Origin: an uncultured Bacteroidaceae bacterium
GTDB lineage: Bacteria > Bacteroidota > Bacteroidia > Bacteroidales > GCA-2748055
Length of the DNA stretch: 64,000 bases
Direction: 5' to 3'
Assembly (NCBI GenBank): GCA_964563105.1
Contig: CAZLXM010000001.1
Location: 61,622 to 125,621, forward strand
This document shows positions 1 through 10,590 of this stretch, one piece after another. How positions within the stretch are numbered: position 1 is the first letter of the stretch; the number at the start of each line of letters is the position of its first letter. The notes below the pieces were generated by a model, which did not search any database, was not told where the DNA came from, and saw only the letters and a program-made list of their open reading frames with translations. A program made the translations under genes and the position numbers.

Positions 1-901
1 TTATTACTGTCTGAGGCTTGAAAAATCTGCCTGATGAAAATATATGCACCGGATTAGTTCCATGTGTTATTGCAAAAGCCCCTGTTTTATTGCTAATGAA
101 AAAGTTCCTGGCATCATTTATACAATTCATTCCGCTTAAACGCAAAGCTTCTTCATGATCGGTTATGAGAAGGTCAATATAATTGTAGGTTTCATCCGAT
201 TCGCCTAATGGCCATTTTAAATCAGGCCTGAGTTTTTCATTTCTGAAATCAAAAACAGTATTAACAACTGTTATACTCCCTCTTTCTTTTGCTTTTTTTA
301 ATAACGAAGTTAAATTATCGTGAAGATGAGGGACTAAAGCGGTAGCCCCAAATACAACAATATCCGAATTAAAAAAATCATCATCCAGATCCGCAGGCCT
401 GAATTCCCAGGCTGCCCCGATATTGTTTATGAAGATCCTTTCCCCGTGCCCTTTATCATATTCCGGATCAGAAAGAACATTGGTATAAGGAGTTGCTTTA
501 TCACTTATTTTATATTTTGAAATATTTACCGGAGTTTTTGAAAGCAATTCAGATAAATGTTCTCCATCTATATCATTTCCTCTGGCCCCATAAAAATTAA
601 CCTTTGTATTTGTATTCCAGGTAAGCTGTGCAGCATTAATCAGTGCCACAATGCATGGCCCGCCAATATTATAAGCATCCGGCGGCCGTTGTCCTATCAA
701 ACTATTCAATATCTCAGAGATATTCTTTTTTGAAAACTTTTCAAACTCTTCCGTAAAAACCAGTTGGCCTGGAGTTAAGCCCCCGTCACCTTTCTTTTTT
801 GATAAATAAGGCCGGAAAACGTCACTGCGAAAATCCAGATTGGTGTATAAATTATCAATCAACGAACATCCGGTACCCGAAATAATTATAGGTCTGCTCA
901 T
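1..901 (-). CDS. PfkB/ribokinase-family carbohydrate kinase, N-terminal 300 codons (C-terminus lies beyond the left window edge)
   Basis: I translated the minus strand from the ATG at 901-899: MSRPIIISGTGCSLIDNLYTNLDF...NIGGPCIVALINAAQL...DLLITDHEEALRLSG. The frame stays open to position 1 with no stop. It is absent from the ORF track only because it is truncated. The glycine-rich and NE/HEEA-like blocks resemble PfkB kinases. Confidence 0.6.
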   Translation of the reverse strand, partial: MSRPIIISGTGCSLIDNLYTNLDFRSDVFRPYLSKKKGDGGLTPGQLVFTEEFEKFSKKNISEILNSLIGQRPPDAYNIGGPCIVALINAAQLTWNTNTKVNFYGARGNDIDGEHLSELLSKTPVNISKYKISDKATPYTNVLSDPEYDKGHGERIFINNIGAAWEFRPADLDDDFFNSDIVVFGATALVPHLHDNLTSLLKKAKERGSITVVNTVFDFRNEKLRPDLKWPLGESDETYNYIDLLITDHEEALRLSGMNCINDARNFFISNKTGAFAITHGTNPVHIFSSGRFFKPQTVI

Positions 902-949
902 TTTTTTATTTTGTTAGTTATATAAAAATAATATCCTTAATTACTTAAT

Positions 950-1804
950 TTATCTCTGCTGCCTGTAAACCTTTGGGGTAACACCTTTTATTTTCTTAAA
1001 TTGCCTGTTAAAGTTTGATAAATTTTCAAATCCGGATTCATAGGCAATTTCAGAAATATTCAGAGATTCTTTTAATAATAAGCGACAGGCATAACCAATC
1101 CTGACATTTAACAGGTATTCCTTAAAACTCATACGATATGTTTTTTTAAAAGTAAGACAGAAAGTTGTATTCGACATATTTGTAATTTCCAGCAAGTCTT
1201 TAACTTTTATATCTTTTTGAAAATTTATAAGAATATATTCCCATGCCTGGGCAAGAGGTTCATCGCCCCTGCGTCTGAATGGCTCATTAAATCCCGGACT
1301 GGCAAGCAGATGAAATTCATTTGATTTGGATAAAATTTGAAATATCCTGAATAAAGTATATAATTTGTCCTCATTACCCGATACAAGTAATTCTTTCATC
1401 AAAGAAATGATTTTTCTTTTCGTATAGCCATAAATATGACAGCCCTGGGAAGACAAATTTAAGAAGTTATTTAGCTCTGCATTTTCCGGGATTTCCATAA
1501 ACTTTTTTCCAAGAAAATCATGAAGAAAATGTATAACAATCCCTTCACCGGTAAATTTTCCATCGGCACCATGATAAGTTTTATTGCAAGCCCATTCATG
1601 GGGAAGATTAGAGCCCAGAAAAACAAGGTCTTCTTCCTGAAATAAATCAATATGGTCACCAACCATTCTTTTACCTTTCCCTTTTAAAATCAAAACCAGC
1701 TCATATTCCGGATGAAAATGCCAGGGAGAAAAAGGAAGTTTTTCATGATATACAATAAATGACTTCCCCGGATCTCTTAAAAGTCTTATTTCACTTAATT
1801 TCAC
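950..1804 (-). CDS. AraC-family transcriptional regulator (N-terminal cupin sensor plus C-terminal HTH)
   Basis: 284 aa. The cupin-like region reads PWHFHPEYELVLILKG. The C-terminal AraC HTH reads ISEIAYESGFENLSNFNRQFKK. It is divergent from the 2086+ operon. Confidence 0.85.
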   Translation of the reverse strand: MKLSEIRLLRDPGKSFIVYHEKLPFSPWHFHPEYELVLILKGKGKRMVGDHIDLFQEEDLVFLGSNLPHEWACNKTYHGADGKFTGEGIVIHFLHDFLGKKFMEIPENAELNNFLNLSSQGCHIYGYTKRKIISLMKELLVSGNEDKLYTLFRIFQILSKSNEFHLLASPGFNEPFRRRGDEPLAQAWEYILINFQKDIKVKDLLEITNMSNTTFCLTFKKTYRMSFKEYLLNVRIGYACRLLLKESLNISEIAYESGFENLSNFNRQFKKIKGVTPKVYRQQR

Positions 1805-2085
1805 AAAAAATATTCAGGTTTGTGGTGCCAAATTTATTTAAAAAAAAGTGGATTTATTAAATTCAGGGTATTATAAAATATAATTATCTTTCTTTAACTA
1901 TAACCGGTAATTTTAGGAGTCTAAGATAAATAATTAAAATTATTATATTTTATTTTCGTATAATAATATCATAATTTTGAATATTAGTATTATTTACTAA
2001 AAGTAATTAGTTATATGTTTGTAGGAATCCATTAAAGTATTTTTGGATCATTTTATGTAAAATATTATCTTTAAAATAAAAAATT
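1805..2085. promoter_or_regulatory. Divergent AT-rich control region between the AraC regulator and the aminotransferase operon
   Basis: This is a 281-bp intergenic region between divergent genes. Plus-strand TAnnTTTG matches occur at 2014-2021 (TATGTTTG) and 2038-2045 (TATTTTTG). The motif is common in AT-rich DNA, so the support is weak. Confidence 0.3.
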
Positions 2086-3360
2086 ATGGTAAAAAATCTT
2101 GCAATCAATGGTGGCGAAAAAACAGTAAAAAGCAAATTAATTGGCTGGCCAAACTTCGATGAAAAAGCTATAAAGGCTGTTGAAGACGTATTACGTTCCG
2201 GTAAAATAAATTACTGGACAGGTCCTAAAGGGAGGGAATTTGAAAAGAAATTTGCAGAATGGCAGGGGAGTAAATATGCAATTTCTGTAGCAACCGGCAC
2301 GGCTGCTCTTCATGTAGGGTTAACCGCACTGGGTATTGGCCCGGGTGATGAGGTTATTGTTCCCAGTTATACATTTATTGCATCCAGCTTCTCGGTAGTT
2401 CAGGCCGGAGCTATTCCCCGTTTTGCGGATGTTAATATTGATGATCATTGTATTAGTGTTGAGTCGGCTGAAAAACTGGTTAATGAAAGGACCAAAGCTA
2501 TAATGGCTGTACACTTGTATGGCAATGTCTGTGATATGGACAAGATCAATGCTTTTGCAAAAAAGCATAAGCTATTCGTTATTGAAGATAACGCAGAAGC
2601 TTACGGAGGATCATTCAAAGGAAAGAAAACCGGTGCATTGGGTGATATTGCAGCTTGCAGTTTCTGTCAGAATAAAACTTTTACCACAGGTGGAGAAGGA
2701 GGAATGGTAACAACCGATAACGAAGATTATGCATGGATATCACGTAGTTTCAGAGATCATGGATATGATGTCAAACAACGTTTAAGTCTCCTTGAACTTG
2801 AGCAAAAACTCCCATATATACATAATGTAGTAGGCTGGAATTACAGAATGACCGAGATGCAATCAGCAATTGGCCTTGCTGAACTGGAAAGAATTGATAA
2901 CTGGAATATGCCAAATCGCAGAAGAAATGCGAAAATTATTATTGACAAAATCAAAGACCTTCCCCAGGTATTATATATGCCGGTAGATACTAAAGAAAGA
3001 CAGAATGGATGGTATGTTATGGCATTTTCGATCGATATTGATAATATGAATTGTGATATTAAACAGTTTGTTGATGCAGCGATAGCTGAAGGAGCTACGG
3101 TTTGGAAGGTGTTCTGGCCACAGTGTCATACCGAACAGGCTTTCCAGCAGCACAGATCTTTTGGAAACAGCGGATTCCCGTTTAAATCAAAAGAATACAC
3201 AAATCCGGCTAGTGTTGATTATTCAAATATAAACGTTCCAAATGCAGTTTGGCATGAAAAACATACATTTACCTGTTTTGCTTTTCCAACTTATACAGCC
3301 GAAAACTGTGAAGAAATTGGGGATGCACTTAGAAAAGTAATTCTTGCATATGCTAAATAA
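2086..3360 (+). CDS. DegT/DnrJ/EryC1/StrS-family PLP-dependent sugar or inosose aminotransferase
   Basis: 424 aa. The family blocks are VATGTAALHV, VIVPSYTFIAS and the catalytic-lysine block SFCQNKTFTTGGEGG. Confidence 0.85.
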   Translation: MVKNLAINGGEKTVKSKLIGWPNFDEKAIKAVEDVLRSGKINYWTGPKGREFEKKFAEWQGSKYAISVATGTAALHVGLTALGIGPGDEVIVPSYTFIASSFSVVQAGAIPRFADVNIDDHCISVESAEKLVNERTKAIMAVHLYGNVCDMDKINAFAKKHKLFVIEDNAEAYGGSFKGKKTGALGDIAACSFCQNKTFTTGGEGGMVTTDNEDYAWISRSFRDHGYDVKQRLSLLELEQKLPYIHNVVGWNYRMTEMQSAIGLAELERIDNWNMPNRRRNAKIIIDKIKDLPQVLYMPVDTKERQNGWYVMAFSIDIDNMNCDIKQFVDAAIAEGATVWKVFWPQCHTEQAFQQHRSFGNSGFPFKSKEYTNPASVDYSNINVPNAVWHEKHTFTCFAFPTYTAENCEEIGDALRKVILAYAK

Positions 3361-3407
3361 AAATAATAATTTACGTTTATAAACAATTAAAATAAAATTC
3401 TTATTGA

Positions 3408-4460
3408 ATGAACAATAATAAAATAATTAAATGGGGAGTCATAGGTTCAGGCGGGATTGCCAGAAGAAGGACCATTCCTGAAGGTATTATGGCTGCCAAA
3501 AATGCGAAACTGATTTCAGTTTATGATATCAATGAAGATGCTAATAATGCAGTGGCAAAGGAATTTAACGCCCGGCCCCTAAAAAGCATACAGGACCTTT
3601 TAAATTCTGAAATAGATGCTGTTTATGTTGCCTCTCCCGTTAATAAACATCTTGAGCATGTGAGCGCTGCAGCAAAAGCAAAAAAACATATTTTATGTGA
3701 AAAACCTCTCGGATTAACAGTTCAGGAAGCTGAGGAAATGATAAAGATATGCAGGGATAATAATGTTATCCTTGGAACAGGATTTATGATGAGATTTGTT
3801 GCCCAGCATGAATATCTTGCAAATTTAATTAATGAAGGAAAACTCGGAAAACCTGTATACGCCAGGGCTCAGTTATCTTGCTGGTATCCTCCGATGGAAG
3901 GGGCCTGGAGACAGGACCCTGCAATTGGCGGAGGAGGGTCACTTGTTGATATGGGAAGCCATTGTATTGACCTGTTACAAATGTTTTTTGGTAAAATCAA
4001 AAAGTTGAGCTGTTTTATAAATAATAATGTACACTCATATAAATCAGAAGATAGTGCAGTAGTCAGCCTGTTTTTCGAAAATGGGGCCTTTGCTTCTGTA
4101 GATAGCTATTTCTGCATTCCTGATAACAGCAGTAAAAACATTCTGGAAGTTTATGGTTCCAAAGGAAGTATATTAGCCAGGGGCACCATAGGACAGGGCC
4201 CGGGAGGTGAAATGACCGCTTACCTCGAAGATGACCAGTTAGCATATGATGCCAAACAGACAAGGGACCCTGGTGAAGGTGTGAGTATAAATCCTGAACC
4301 GATAAATACTTATATGGCTGAAATCGAGGAATTTGGAAAGGCTGTCAATGAGAATAGAGAACCACTGAACAGTAGTTCTGTTGGTTTGCAAAATATGAAA
4401 ATTATTGCTGCTTGTTATGAATCAGCAAAGTCAGGAAAAATAATTGAGTTTAACTCCTAA
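3408..4460 (+). CDS. Gfo/Idh/MocA-family NAD(P)-dependent oxidoreductase
   Basis: 350 aa. The N-terminal Rossmann motif is KWGVIGSGGIARR and the conserved EKP motif is ILCEKPLGLT. Confidence 0.85.
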   Translation: MNNNKIIKWGVIGSGGIARRRTIPEGIMAAKNAKLISVYDINEDANNAVAKEFNARPLKSIQDLLNSEIDAVYVASPVNKHLEHVSAAAKAKKHILCEKPLGLTVQEAEEMIKICRDNNVILGTGFMMRFVAQHEYLANLINEGKLGKPVYARAQLSCWYPPMEGAWRQDPAIGGGGSLVDMGSHCIDLLQMFFGKIKKLSCFINNNVHSYKSEDSAVVSLFFENGAFASVDSYFCIPDNSSKNILEVYGSKGSILARGTIGQGPGGEMTAYLEDDQLAYDAKQTRDPGEGVSINPEPINTYMAEIEEFGKAVNENREPLNSSSVGLQNMKIIAACYESAKSGKIIEFNS

Positions 4461-4468
4461 TATCTGAT

Positions 4469-5221
4469 ATGAATAATACTGTTTTAGGAATATTTACCCA
4501 TCCTGATGACGCTGAAATAATGTGTGCCGGAACTTTATCATTATTGAAAAAAGCAGGATGGGATGTTCATATTGCTACCATAGCCACAGGAGATAAAGGA
4601 ACTGCAGAGTATAACAGGGAAGACATAATACGCATCAGAAAAGCAGAAGCAATTAAAGCTGCAGGGGTAATTCAGGCTGAATATCATTGCCTTGAGTTTG
4701 ATGATATATATATTTTTTATAATCGTGAATCAATTAATAAAGCTACTGCATTAATTAGAAGTATCCGGCCCTCTGTTGTTTTTACTTCCAGTCCGAATGA
4801 TTATATGGTGGATCACGAAATTACAAGTAAAATCGTTCAAACAGCATGTTTTTGTACAGGGATTAAAAATATGGAAGTAAGGGAAGAACCATATGAGCCG
4901 GTACCTTACCTGTTTTACAGTGATCCTATGGATGCTGTTGATAAACTGGGAAATCCCGTACATGCATCTATTTATGTTGATATTTCTTCTGAAATAAAAA
5001 TAAAGGAAAAAATGCTTGCTTGTCATGCAAGTCAACGAAATTGGCTTCTGACACATCATAAAATGGATGAATATATCCTCTCAATGAAAAGATTTGCAAA
5101 AAGCCGGGGTGAAAATATTAATGTAGATTATGCTGAAGGATTTCGCCAACATCTTGGTCATGGACATCCAGGAGATAATATTTTAAAAAAAATACTTGGT
5201 AATTTAGTATTTGTTAAGTAG
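4469..5221 (+). CDS. PIG-L/LmbE-family zinc-dependent N-deacetylase
   Basis: 250 aa. The N-terminal block GIFTHPDDAEIMCAGT matches the AHPDDE signature. A downstream MVDHEITS histidine block is also present. Confidence 0.8.
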   Translation: MNNTVLGIFTHPDDAEIMCAGTLSLLKKAGWDVHIATIATGDKGTAEYNREDIIRIRKAEAIKAAGVIQAEYHCLEFDDIYIFYNRESINKATALIRSIRPSVVFTSSPNDYMVDHEITSKIVQTACFCTGIKNMEVREEPYEPVPYLFYSDPMDAVDKLGNPVHASIYVDISSEIKIKEKMLACHASQRNWLLTHHKMDEYILSMKRFAKSRGENINVDYAEGFRQHLGHGHPGDNILKKILGNLVFVK

Positions 5222-5372
5222 ATGAAGGATTATAGCAAGATTTTAAATTCGGAATTGGATTTAATACAGAGATGAAAATATGAGAGTTTCAAAAAAAAAA
5301 TCGAATGTTCTTTAGTGTTTATAGGTTATTTTTTAAAAACATTTTAATAATTAATTAATAGGAGAAATAATT

Positions 5373-6305
5373 ATGGCCCGAAAACTTAGTATGCTAGCAC
5401 CCGGTTGGTGGGATTTTACCACCCTTGATGAAAAAATTCTGAATGATGCTGCAAAACTTTCTGCTGATGATTTGTTGCAGCTTTCAAGAGATGGTTTTAA
5501 AGTAGTATTTTATGATAGTTTGGAAGATTTTTATCTGGCAGAAGCCCTTGAATATATTACAGCATGGAAACAGGCCACATCCGATAATCCTGTCGGAATT
5601 TGCGGGCCCATTGGCCCCACTGAACAGCTTCCCCTGGTTGCAAGACTAGTTAATGAATTACAACTAGACCTGTCTGATGCCCATTTTTGGGGTATGGATG
5701 AATGGGTTGTGGATGGAAAAGAAGTAAGTATGAAGCATCCCTTATCTTTTGAAAAAGCTGTAAGAGAATTGTGTTTTAACCGTATTGACAAAAAATATAA
5801 AATACCTGAGGAAAACATACATTTTCCTAAAGCTGATACCAGTGGTTATATAGCAACCTGGGAAAGCGGAATACGGTGTGCGGTTATGCAAGGCGGGCAG
5901 GGTGATGTTAAACATTGGGCATTTAATGACCCCGTTAAAAGAGAAGGTAAATACAAGGATGTACCTCCAACACCTGAAGAGTATAAACAATTGTCAACAA
6001 GAATCGTTGACCTTCATCCTGTAACTTGTATGCAAAATGCAAGAACCAGTGGTGGCGGTGTCGTTACTGGTGTTCCGGTAACTGCCACAACAGTTGGGCC
6101 TGTTCAAACCTGGATGTCTGAGAAAGTATCGATTTGGCAGGCAGGAGTTCATGATAATCCATTCGGACAAAGATTAACTGCTTTTATGATTAGTAAGGGA
6201 ATAATGGATTCCTCAGTTCCCATGTCATTACTTGCAGACCATCCGAATGTACAGTTCAATTACTATCGCGGAGGAATCGGGGTCTGTGAAACTGAGATGC
6301 ATTGA
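5373..6305 (+). CDS. Glucosamine-6-phosphate deaminase / 6-phosphogluconolactonase-fold protein (NagB-like, divergent)
   Basis: 310 aa. The blocks GICGPIGPT and HFWGMDEW resemble the NagB/Pgl-family G-x-T and (N/M)-x-DE-(Y/W) blocks. An AGGAG sequence sits 8 nt upstream of the ATG. Confidence 0.55.
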   Translation: MARKLSMLAPGWWDFTTLDEKILNDAAKLSADDLLQLSRDGFKVVFYDSLEDFYLAEALEYITAWKQATSDNPVGICGPIGPTEQLPLVARLVNELQLDLSDAHFWGMDEWVVDGKEVSMKHPLSFEKAVRELCFNRIDKKYKIPEENIHFPKADTSGYIATWESGIRCAVMQGGQGDVKHWAFNDPVKREGKYKDVPPTPEEYKQLSTRIVDLHPVTCMQNARTSGGGVVTGVPVTATTVGPVQTWMSEKVSIWQAGVHDNPFGQRLTAFMISKGIMDSSVPMSLLADHPNVQFNYYRGGIGVCETEMH

Positions 6306-6612
6306 TTTTATAAGCTTATTAATTATCAGTCTCGATTTTTTAGGATAGATTTTCCTGACAGAAACAGCATCAATTAATGGTAGTAATTATTTTCTGCATT
6401 GATCAGCCTGAATGAAATGTCTGATAAATATGCAGAATGGGAAGTCTCTTTATAATAAATATTTTTTTAGCTGTGATCGGTATTTCTAATTATCAGGCAA
6501 GAGATGCTTATATCATGGCTAAAAAAATATTTTTTTTAATACCTTAAAATAATCAGTTTTGTGCTTCAAATTAAAGAGAAATTATAACTTTGAAGACTAA
6601 AGAAAATAAAAT

Positions 6613-7329
6613 GTGATTTTTATTACATTTATATTGCTAATATTAACATCATGTGCTATGAAAAATGACTATATCCATGAAGTGCCCAAAATAAATGTTC
6701 TTTTTAAAGTTGATGCAAAATGGGAAAAAGATCCCTGGAAAAAAATTCCCGCTCTTGAAATCAAGAATTATATGGGTGATGTTCCTAAATTTCATCCGGA
6801 TACTCAGGCTAAAATATGTTATACGGAATCAGATATTTTCTTGATCTTCAGGGTAAAAGATAAATATGTCAAATGCATTACAAATGAGATTAATGGACCG
6901 GTATGGGAAGATTCTGCTGTTGAATTCTTTTTTGCCCCTGATTCTGAAGCTCCTTTAAAATACTTTAATTTGGAAATAAACTGCGGAGGGGTGCATTTAT
7001 TTTTTTATAATATTATTCCTCGAAAGGACAGGGTAGCAATCCCGGATGAAGATCAGAAGAAAATTGAGATTGCACATTCGCTTCCTAAACTTGTTGATCC
7101 GGAAATTACCGAAGAGATAACCTGGACTATTGAGTGTAGGATACCTATAGAATTGCTTAAAAAATATTCAAAAATTACAACACCTTCAAAAGATGTAAAA
7201 TGGAAAGCAAATTTCTATAAAATTGCTGTAATTTCATCAAATCCACATTATATAACATGGTCTGTTGTTGAAAATGATAAACCGGATTTCCATCTTCCCG
7301 AATTTTTTGGTGATCTGATTTTTAAATAA
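6613..7329 (+). CDS. Exported lipoprotein, carbohydrate-binding family 9 (CBM9/DOMON)-like
   Basis: 238 aa with a GTG start. The lipobox LILTSC follows a hydrophobic N-terminus. The SAVEFFFAP and YFNLEIN blocks recall CBM9-like proteins, a family call made from memory. Confidence 0.45.
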   Translation: MIFITFILLILTSCAMKNDYIHEVPKINVLFKVDAKWEKDPWKKIPALEIKNYMGDVPKFHPDTQAKICYTESDIFLIFRVKDKYVKCITNEINGPVWEDSAVEFFFAPDSEAPLKYFNLEINCGGVHLFFYNIIPRKDRVAIPDEDQKKIEIAHSLPKLVDPEITEEITWTIECRIPIELLKKYSKITTPSKDVKWKANFYKIAVISSNPHYITWSVVENDKPDFHLPEFFGDLIFK

Positions 7330-7345
7330 TTAATTTTTTATTAAA

Positions 7346-8716
7346 ATGAAATATTTAATGATAATGCTGCTCAGCTTTATCCTGGTTTCATGTGCTGGGC
7401 CCGAACAAAAGAAACCTCTTGCAGAAAGCAATGTTCTGGAAGCAGGTTTTGGCATTGCAGATATTACTGCAGAGAATGCTTTTATTATTGATCCTCTTCA
7501 TGTGAAGGCGCTTGTACTTCGACAGGGAGAAACTGAGCTTGCCCTGGTTGCTTGTGATGTAATCGGAGTTTCTGAAAATGAAACCAGACCTGCCCGGGAA
7601 AAAGCGTCAGAAATTACCGGGATCCCCGTTGAAAATATTTGTGTTACTGCTATCCATACTCATATGGACAGGCCCAGAAAAGATATTGGCCCTGCAATTG
7701 TTCAGGCAATTAGCGATGCGAAGGCAGGTATGCAACCGGTAATTGTTGAGCCTTCTGCCGGACTTCAGTTCAATGTGTCTTTTCACAGAAGATATTTTAT
7801 GAAAGACGGGTCTGTTGTTTTTAACCCTATGTTCCTAAATCCCGACATTGTCCGGCCTGTTGGCCCAATTGACCCTGAGGTCAATTTTATAATGTTGAAA
7901 AATCAGGATACAGGAAAACCTGTTATTTCATTAACCAGTTTTGCTGTGCATCTTGATATAGTTAAAGAATATGGGGCTGTTTATCAGGCAACAGGGCCCG
8001 GCTCCAGAGATGCTGTAAGTGCCGACTATCCATATTGGCTTGAAACATTTTTACGTGAAGATTATGGAAAAGAATTCAATTCCATTTTTTTTACTGGTGC
8101 CTGCGGCAATATAAACCACTGGGATTTTTCAAAACCCGGGCCACAAAGCGGACATGCTAAATCAAAAGAAGTAGCTGATTCACTCTATCACTCAATTAAA
8201 AAAGTAATACCTTATGCCAATTCCGAAAAGCCTGCTTTAAAAACTGCATCCAGGATTATTGATATCCCTTATCAAACTTTTACAAATGAAGACCTTTTAT
8301 GGGCTAAAAATATTGAAAATAATAAACTATCTGGTAAAAGTGAAGAACCTGATGAAAGAGAACAATTTTTGAATAGTGTAAGAAAAAGAAGGATAATTTG
8401 GCTTAATGAACAAAAAGAGAAAGGACATACTTCAGTCCCTGTGGAAATACAGGCTTTTAGAATTACCGATAATACTGCTCTGGTAACCCTGCCGGGAGAG
8501 CTTTTTGTTGAATTAGGCATGACTATCAAAAATCATTCTCCTTTTCAAAACACATTTGTACTTGAATTAGCTAATAATTCAGTTAGCTATATTCCAAATA
8601 AAAAAGCATTCTTTCATGGAGGATATGAAGTAGAAAATTCCAGATTAATTCCCGGAGGAGGGGAAATGATGGTTGAAACTGCCATTGATTTGCTTAAAAG
8701 CCTTAAAAATAATTAA
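7346..8716 (+). CDS. Exported lipoprotein, neutral/alkaline ceramidase-like amidohydrolase fold
   Basis: 456 aa with the lipobox ILVSCAG. The N-terminal region GFGIADITAE...LHVKALVL...ALVACDVIGV and the histidine block VTAIHTHMDRP resemble the N-terminal ceramidase domain. It is shorter than canonical neutral ceramidases. Confidence 0.4.
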   Translation: MKYLMIMLLSFILVSCAGPEQKKPLAESNVLEAGFGIADITAENAFIIDPLHVKALVLRQGETELALVACDVIGVSENETRPAREKASEITGIPVENICVTAIHTHMDRPRKDIGPAIVQAISDAKAGMQPVIVEPSAGLQFNVSFHRRYFMKDGSVVFNPMFLNPDIVRPVGPIDPEVNFIMLKNQDTGKPVISLTSFAVHLDIVKEYGAVYQATGPGSRDAVSADYPYWLETFLREDYGKEFNSIFFTGACGNINHWDFSKPGPQSGHAKSKEVADSLYHSIKKVIPYANSEKPALKTASRIIDIPYQTFTNEDLLWAKNIENNKLSGKSEEPDEREQFLNSVRKRRIIWLNEQKEKGHTSVPVEIQAFRITDNTALVTLPGELFVELGMTIKNHSPFQNTFVLELANNSVSYIPNKKAFFHGGYEVENSRLIPGGGEMMVETAIDLLKSLKNN

Positions 8717-8737
8717 TATTTCCTTAAATTAAATTAT

Positions 8738-10579
8738 ATGAACCTTCAACCTGTTGATTGGATAATTGTACTTATATTCTTTGCAGTATTATTATTAATT
8801 GGATACCTGGCTTCAAGAAATGCCGGCAAAAGTTCGGCAAGCTTTTTTCTGTCAGGCAGAAATATGCCCTGGTGGTTATTAGGTGTGTCTATGGTTGCTA
8901 CAACTTTCTCAGCTGATACACCGAATTTAATTACTGACATGGTTAGGACTGGCGGAGTTGCAAGTAATTGGCTTTGGTGGGCATTTCTGCTTACAGGGAT
9001 GTTAACAGTATTTTTATATGCAAAACTGTGGAACAGATCAAAAGTAATGACTGATTTGCAATTTTATGAAATCAGGTATTCCGGAAAAACAGCTGCATTT
9101 TTAAGGGGCTTCCGGTCAATTTATTTAGGCTTCTTCTTTAATGTTATGGTAATAGCAAGTGTATCTCTTGCTTTTATTAAGATTTCCGGTGTTATGCTTG
9201 GCCTCAAGCCTGCCCCTGCACTTATTATATCAGCTGTTATAGTACTTTTCTATTCAACTTTGGGGGGATTAAAATCTATACTTTGGACTGATCTTTTTCA
9301 ATTTAGTTTTGCAATGGCAGGAGCTGTTGTTGCAGCAGTTTATGTTGTTAAATCGCCTGATATCGGAAATTTACAAACTTTATTTGAACATCCGAATGTT
9401 TCGGGAAAATTAAATATTATTCCCTCATTGTCCCAACCTGATCTTTTTTTGAGTATTTTTCTAATACCTTTAACAATACAATGGTGGGCTGCATGGTATC
9501 CGGGAGCTGAACCCGGAGGCGGAGGTCATATAGCACAGCGGATGTTATCTGCAAAAAATGAAAATCATGCAGTTGGGGCAACAATGCTTTTTAATTTTTT
9601 TCATTATGCACTCCGGCCATGGCCCTGGATTATTGTTGCATTAGCTTCATTAATTATATTTCCTGATATAAAATCAATGATTAATGCTTTTCCTAATGTT
9701 GATGTCCAATATATTAAAAATGATTTTGCCTATCCTGCCATGCTTAAAGAATTTCTTCCTGCGGGATTGTTGGGCTTAGTTGTTGCTTCACTAATTGCTG
9801 CATACATGTCAACCGTGGCATCACTGCTTAACCTGGGCTCATCATATCTTGTAAACGATTTTTATGGAAGGTTTATAAATATTAAAGCTAGTGAAAAACA
9901 AAGAGTAGCTTTCGGAAGAATTGCAACTATTACACTTATGTTTTTTTCGGTATTGCTTGCATTGGTACTGCAAAATGCCCTCCAGGCCTTCCAATACATT
10001 CTAATGATAGGGGCCGGGACAGGATTGATTTATATACTGCGATGGTTCTGGTGGAGAATAAATGCATTCTCAGAGCTGGCGGCTATGATTGCAGCAGGTA
10101 CTTTTTCAATCATTTTTATCCTGATCGAAAATACTGCTATGATAACAGATAATGAGGGTTTTATACAGATATTTGGGTTAGGGATGTCAATGACCTATTG
10201 GAATATTATTAAATTTACCGGAATTGTTGCCCTGACAACAATATCCTGGATAGTTGTTACATTTCTTACAAAACCTGAAAACGACCAAATTTTGCGGGAT
10301 TTTTATTCAAAGATCAGACCGGGTGGCCCCGGATGGGGACCAGTCGTGGATAAAGCAGAAAAAGAAGGTATAATCCTCGTTAAGGAAAAAGACCTTAAAT
10401 GGGATGTGCCAACAGGATTACTTTGTATGGTGGCCGGCTGCGGTTTTATATACAGTATTTTATTTGCTATAGGTCATTTTCTATACTCTAATACACTTTA
10501 TGGATTTATTTTCATAGGTATAACATTAATATCCGGAATAATCCTCATTCATTTTTGGAATAAACTCAAATCATATTAA
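8738..10579 (+). CDS. Sodium:solute symporter (SSS) family transporter
   Basis: 613 aa and polytopic, with many hydrophobic helices. The N-terminus is typical of the SSS family (DWIIVLIFFAVLLLIGYLASR...FFLSGRNMPWW). Confidence 0.8.
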   Translation: MNLQPVDWIIVLIFFAVLLLIGYLASRNAGKSSASFFLSGRNMPWWLLGVSMVATTFSADTPNLITDMVRTGGVASNWLWWAFLLTGMLTVFLYAKLWNRSKVMTDLQFYEIRYSGKTAAFLRGFRSIYLGFFFNVMVIASVSLAFIKISGVMLGLKPAPALIISAVIVLFYSTLGGLKSILWTDLFQFSFAMAGAVVAAVYVVKSPDIGNLQTLFEHPNVSGKLNIIPSLSQPDLFLSIFLIPLTIQWWAAWYPGAEPGGGGHIAQRMLSAKNENHAVGATMLFNFFHYALRPWPWIIVALASLIIFPDIKSMINAFPNVDVQYIKNDFAYPAMLKEFLPAGLLGLVVASLIAAYMSTVASLLNLGSSYLVNDFYGRFINIKASEKQRVAFGRIATITLMFFSVLLALVLQNALQAFQYILMIGAGTGLIYILRWFWWRINAFSELAAMIAAGTFSIIFILIENTAMITDNEGFIQIFGLGMSMTYWNIIKFTGIVALTTISWIVVTFLTKPENDQILRDFYSKIRPGGPGWGPVVDKAEKEGIILVKEKDLKWDVPTGLLCMVAGCGFIYSILFAIGHFLYSNTLYGFIFIGITLISGIILIHFWNKLKSY

Positions 10580-10590
10580 TAAATGCTCTT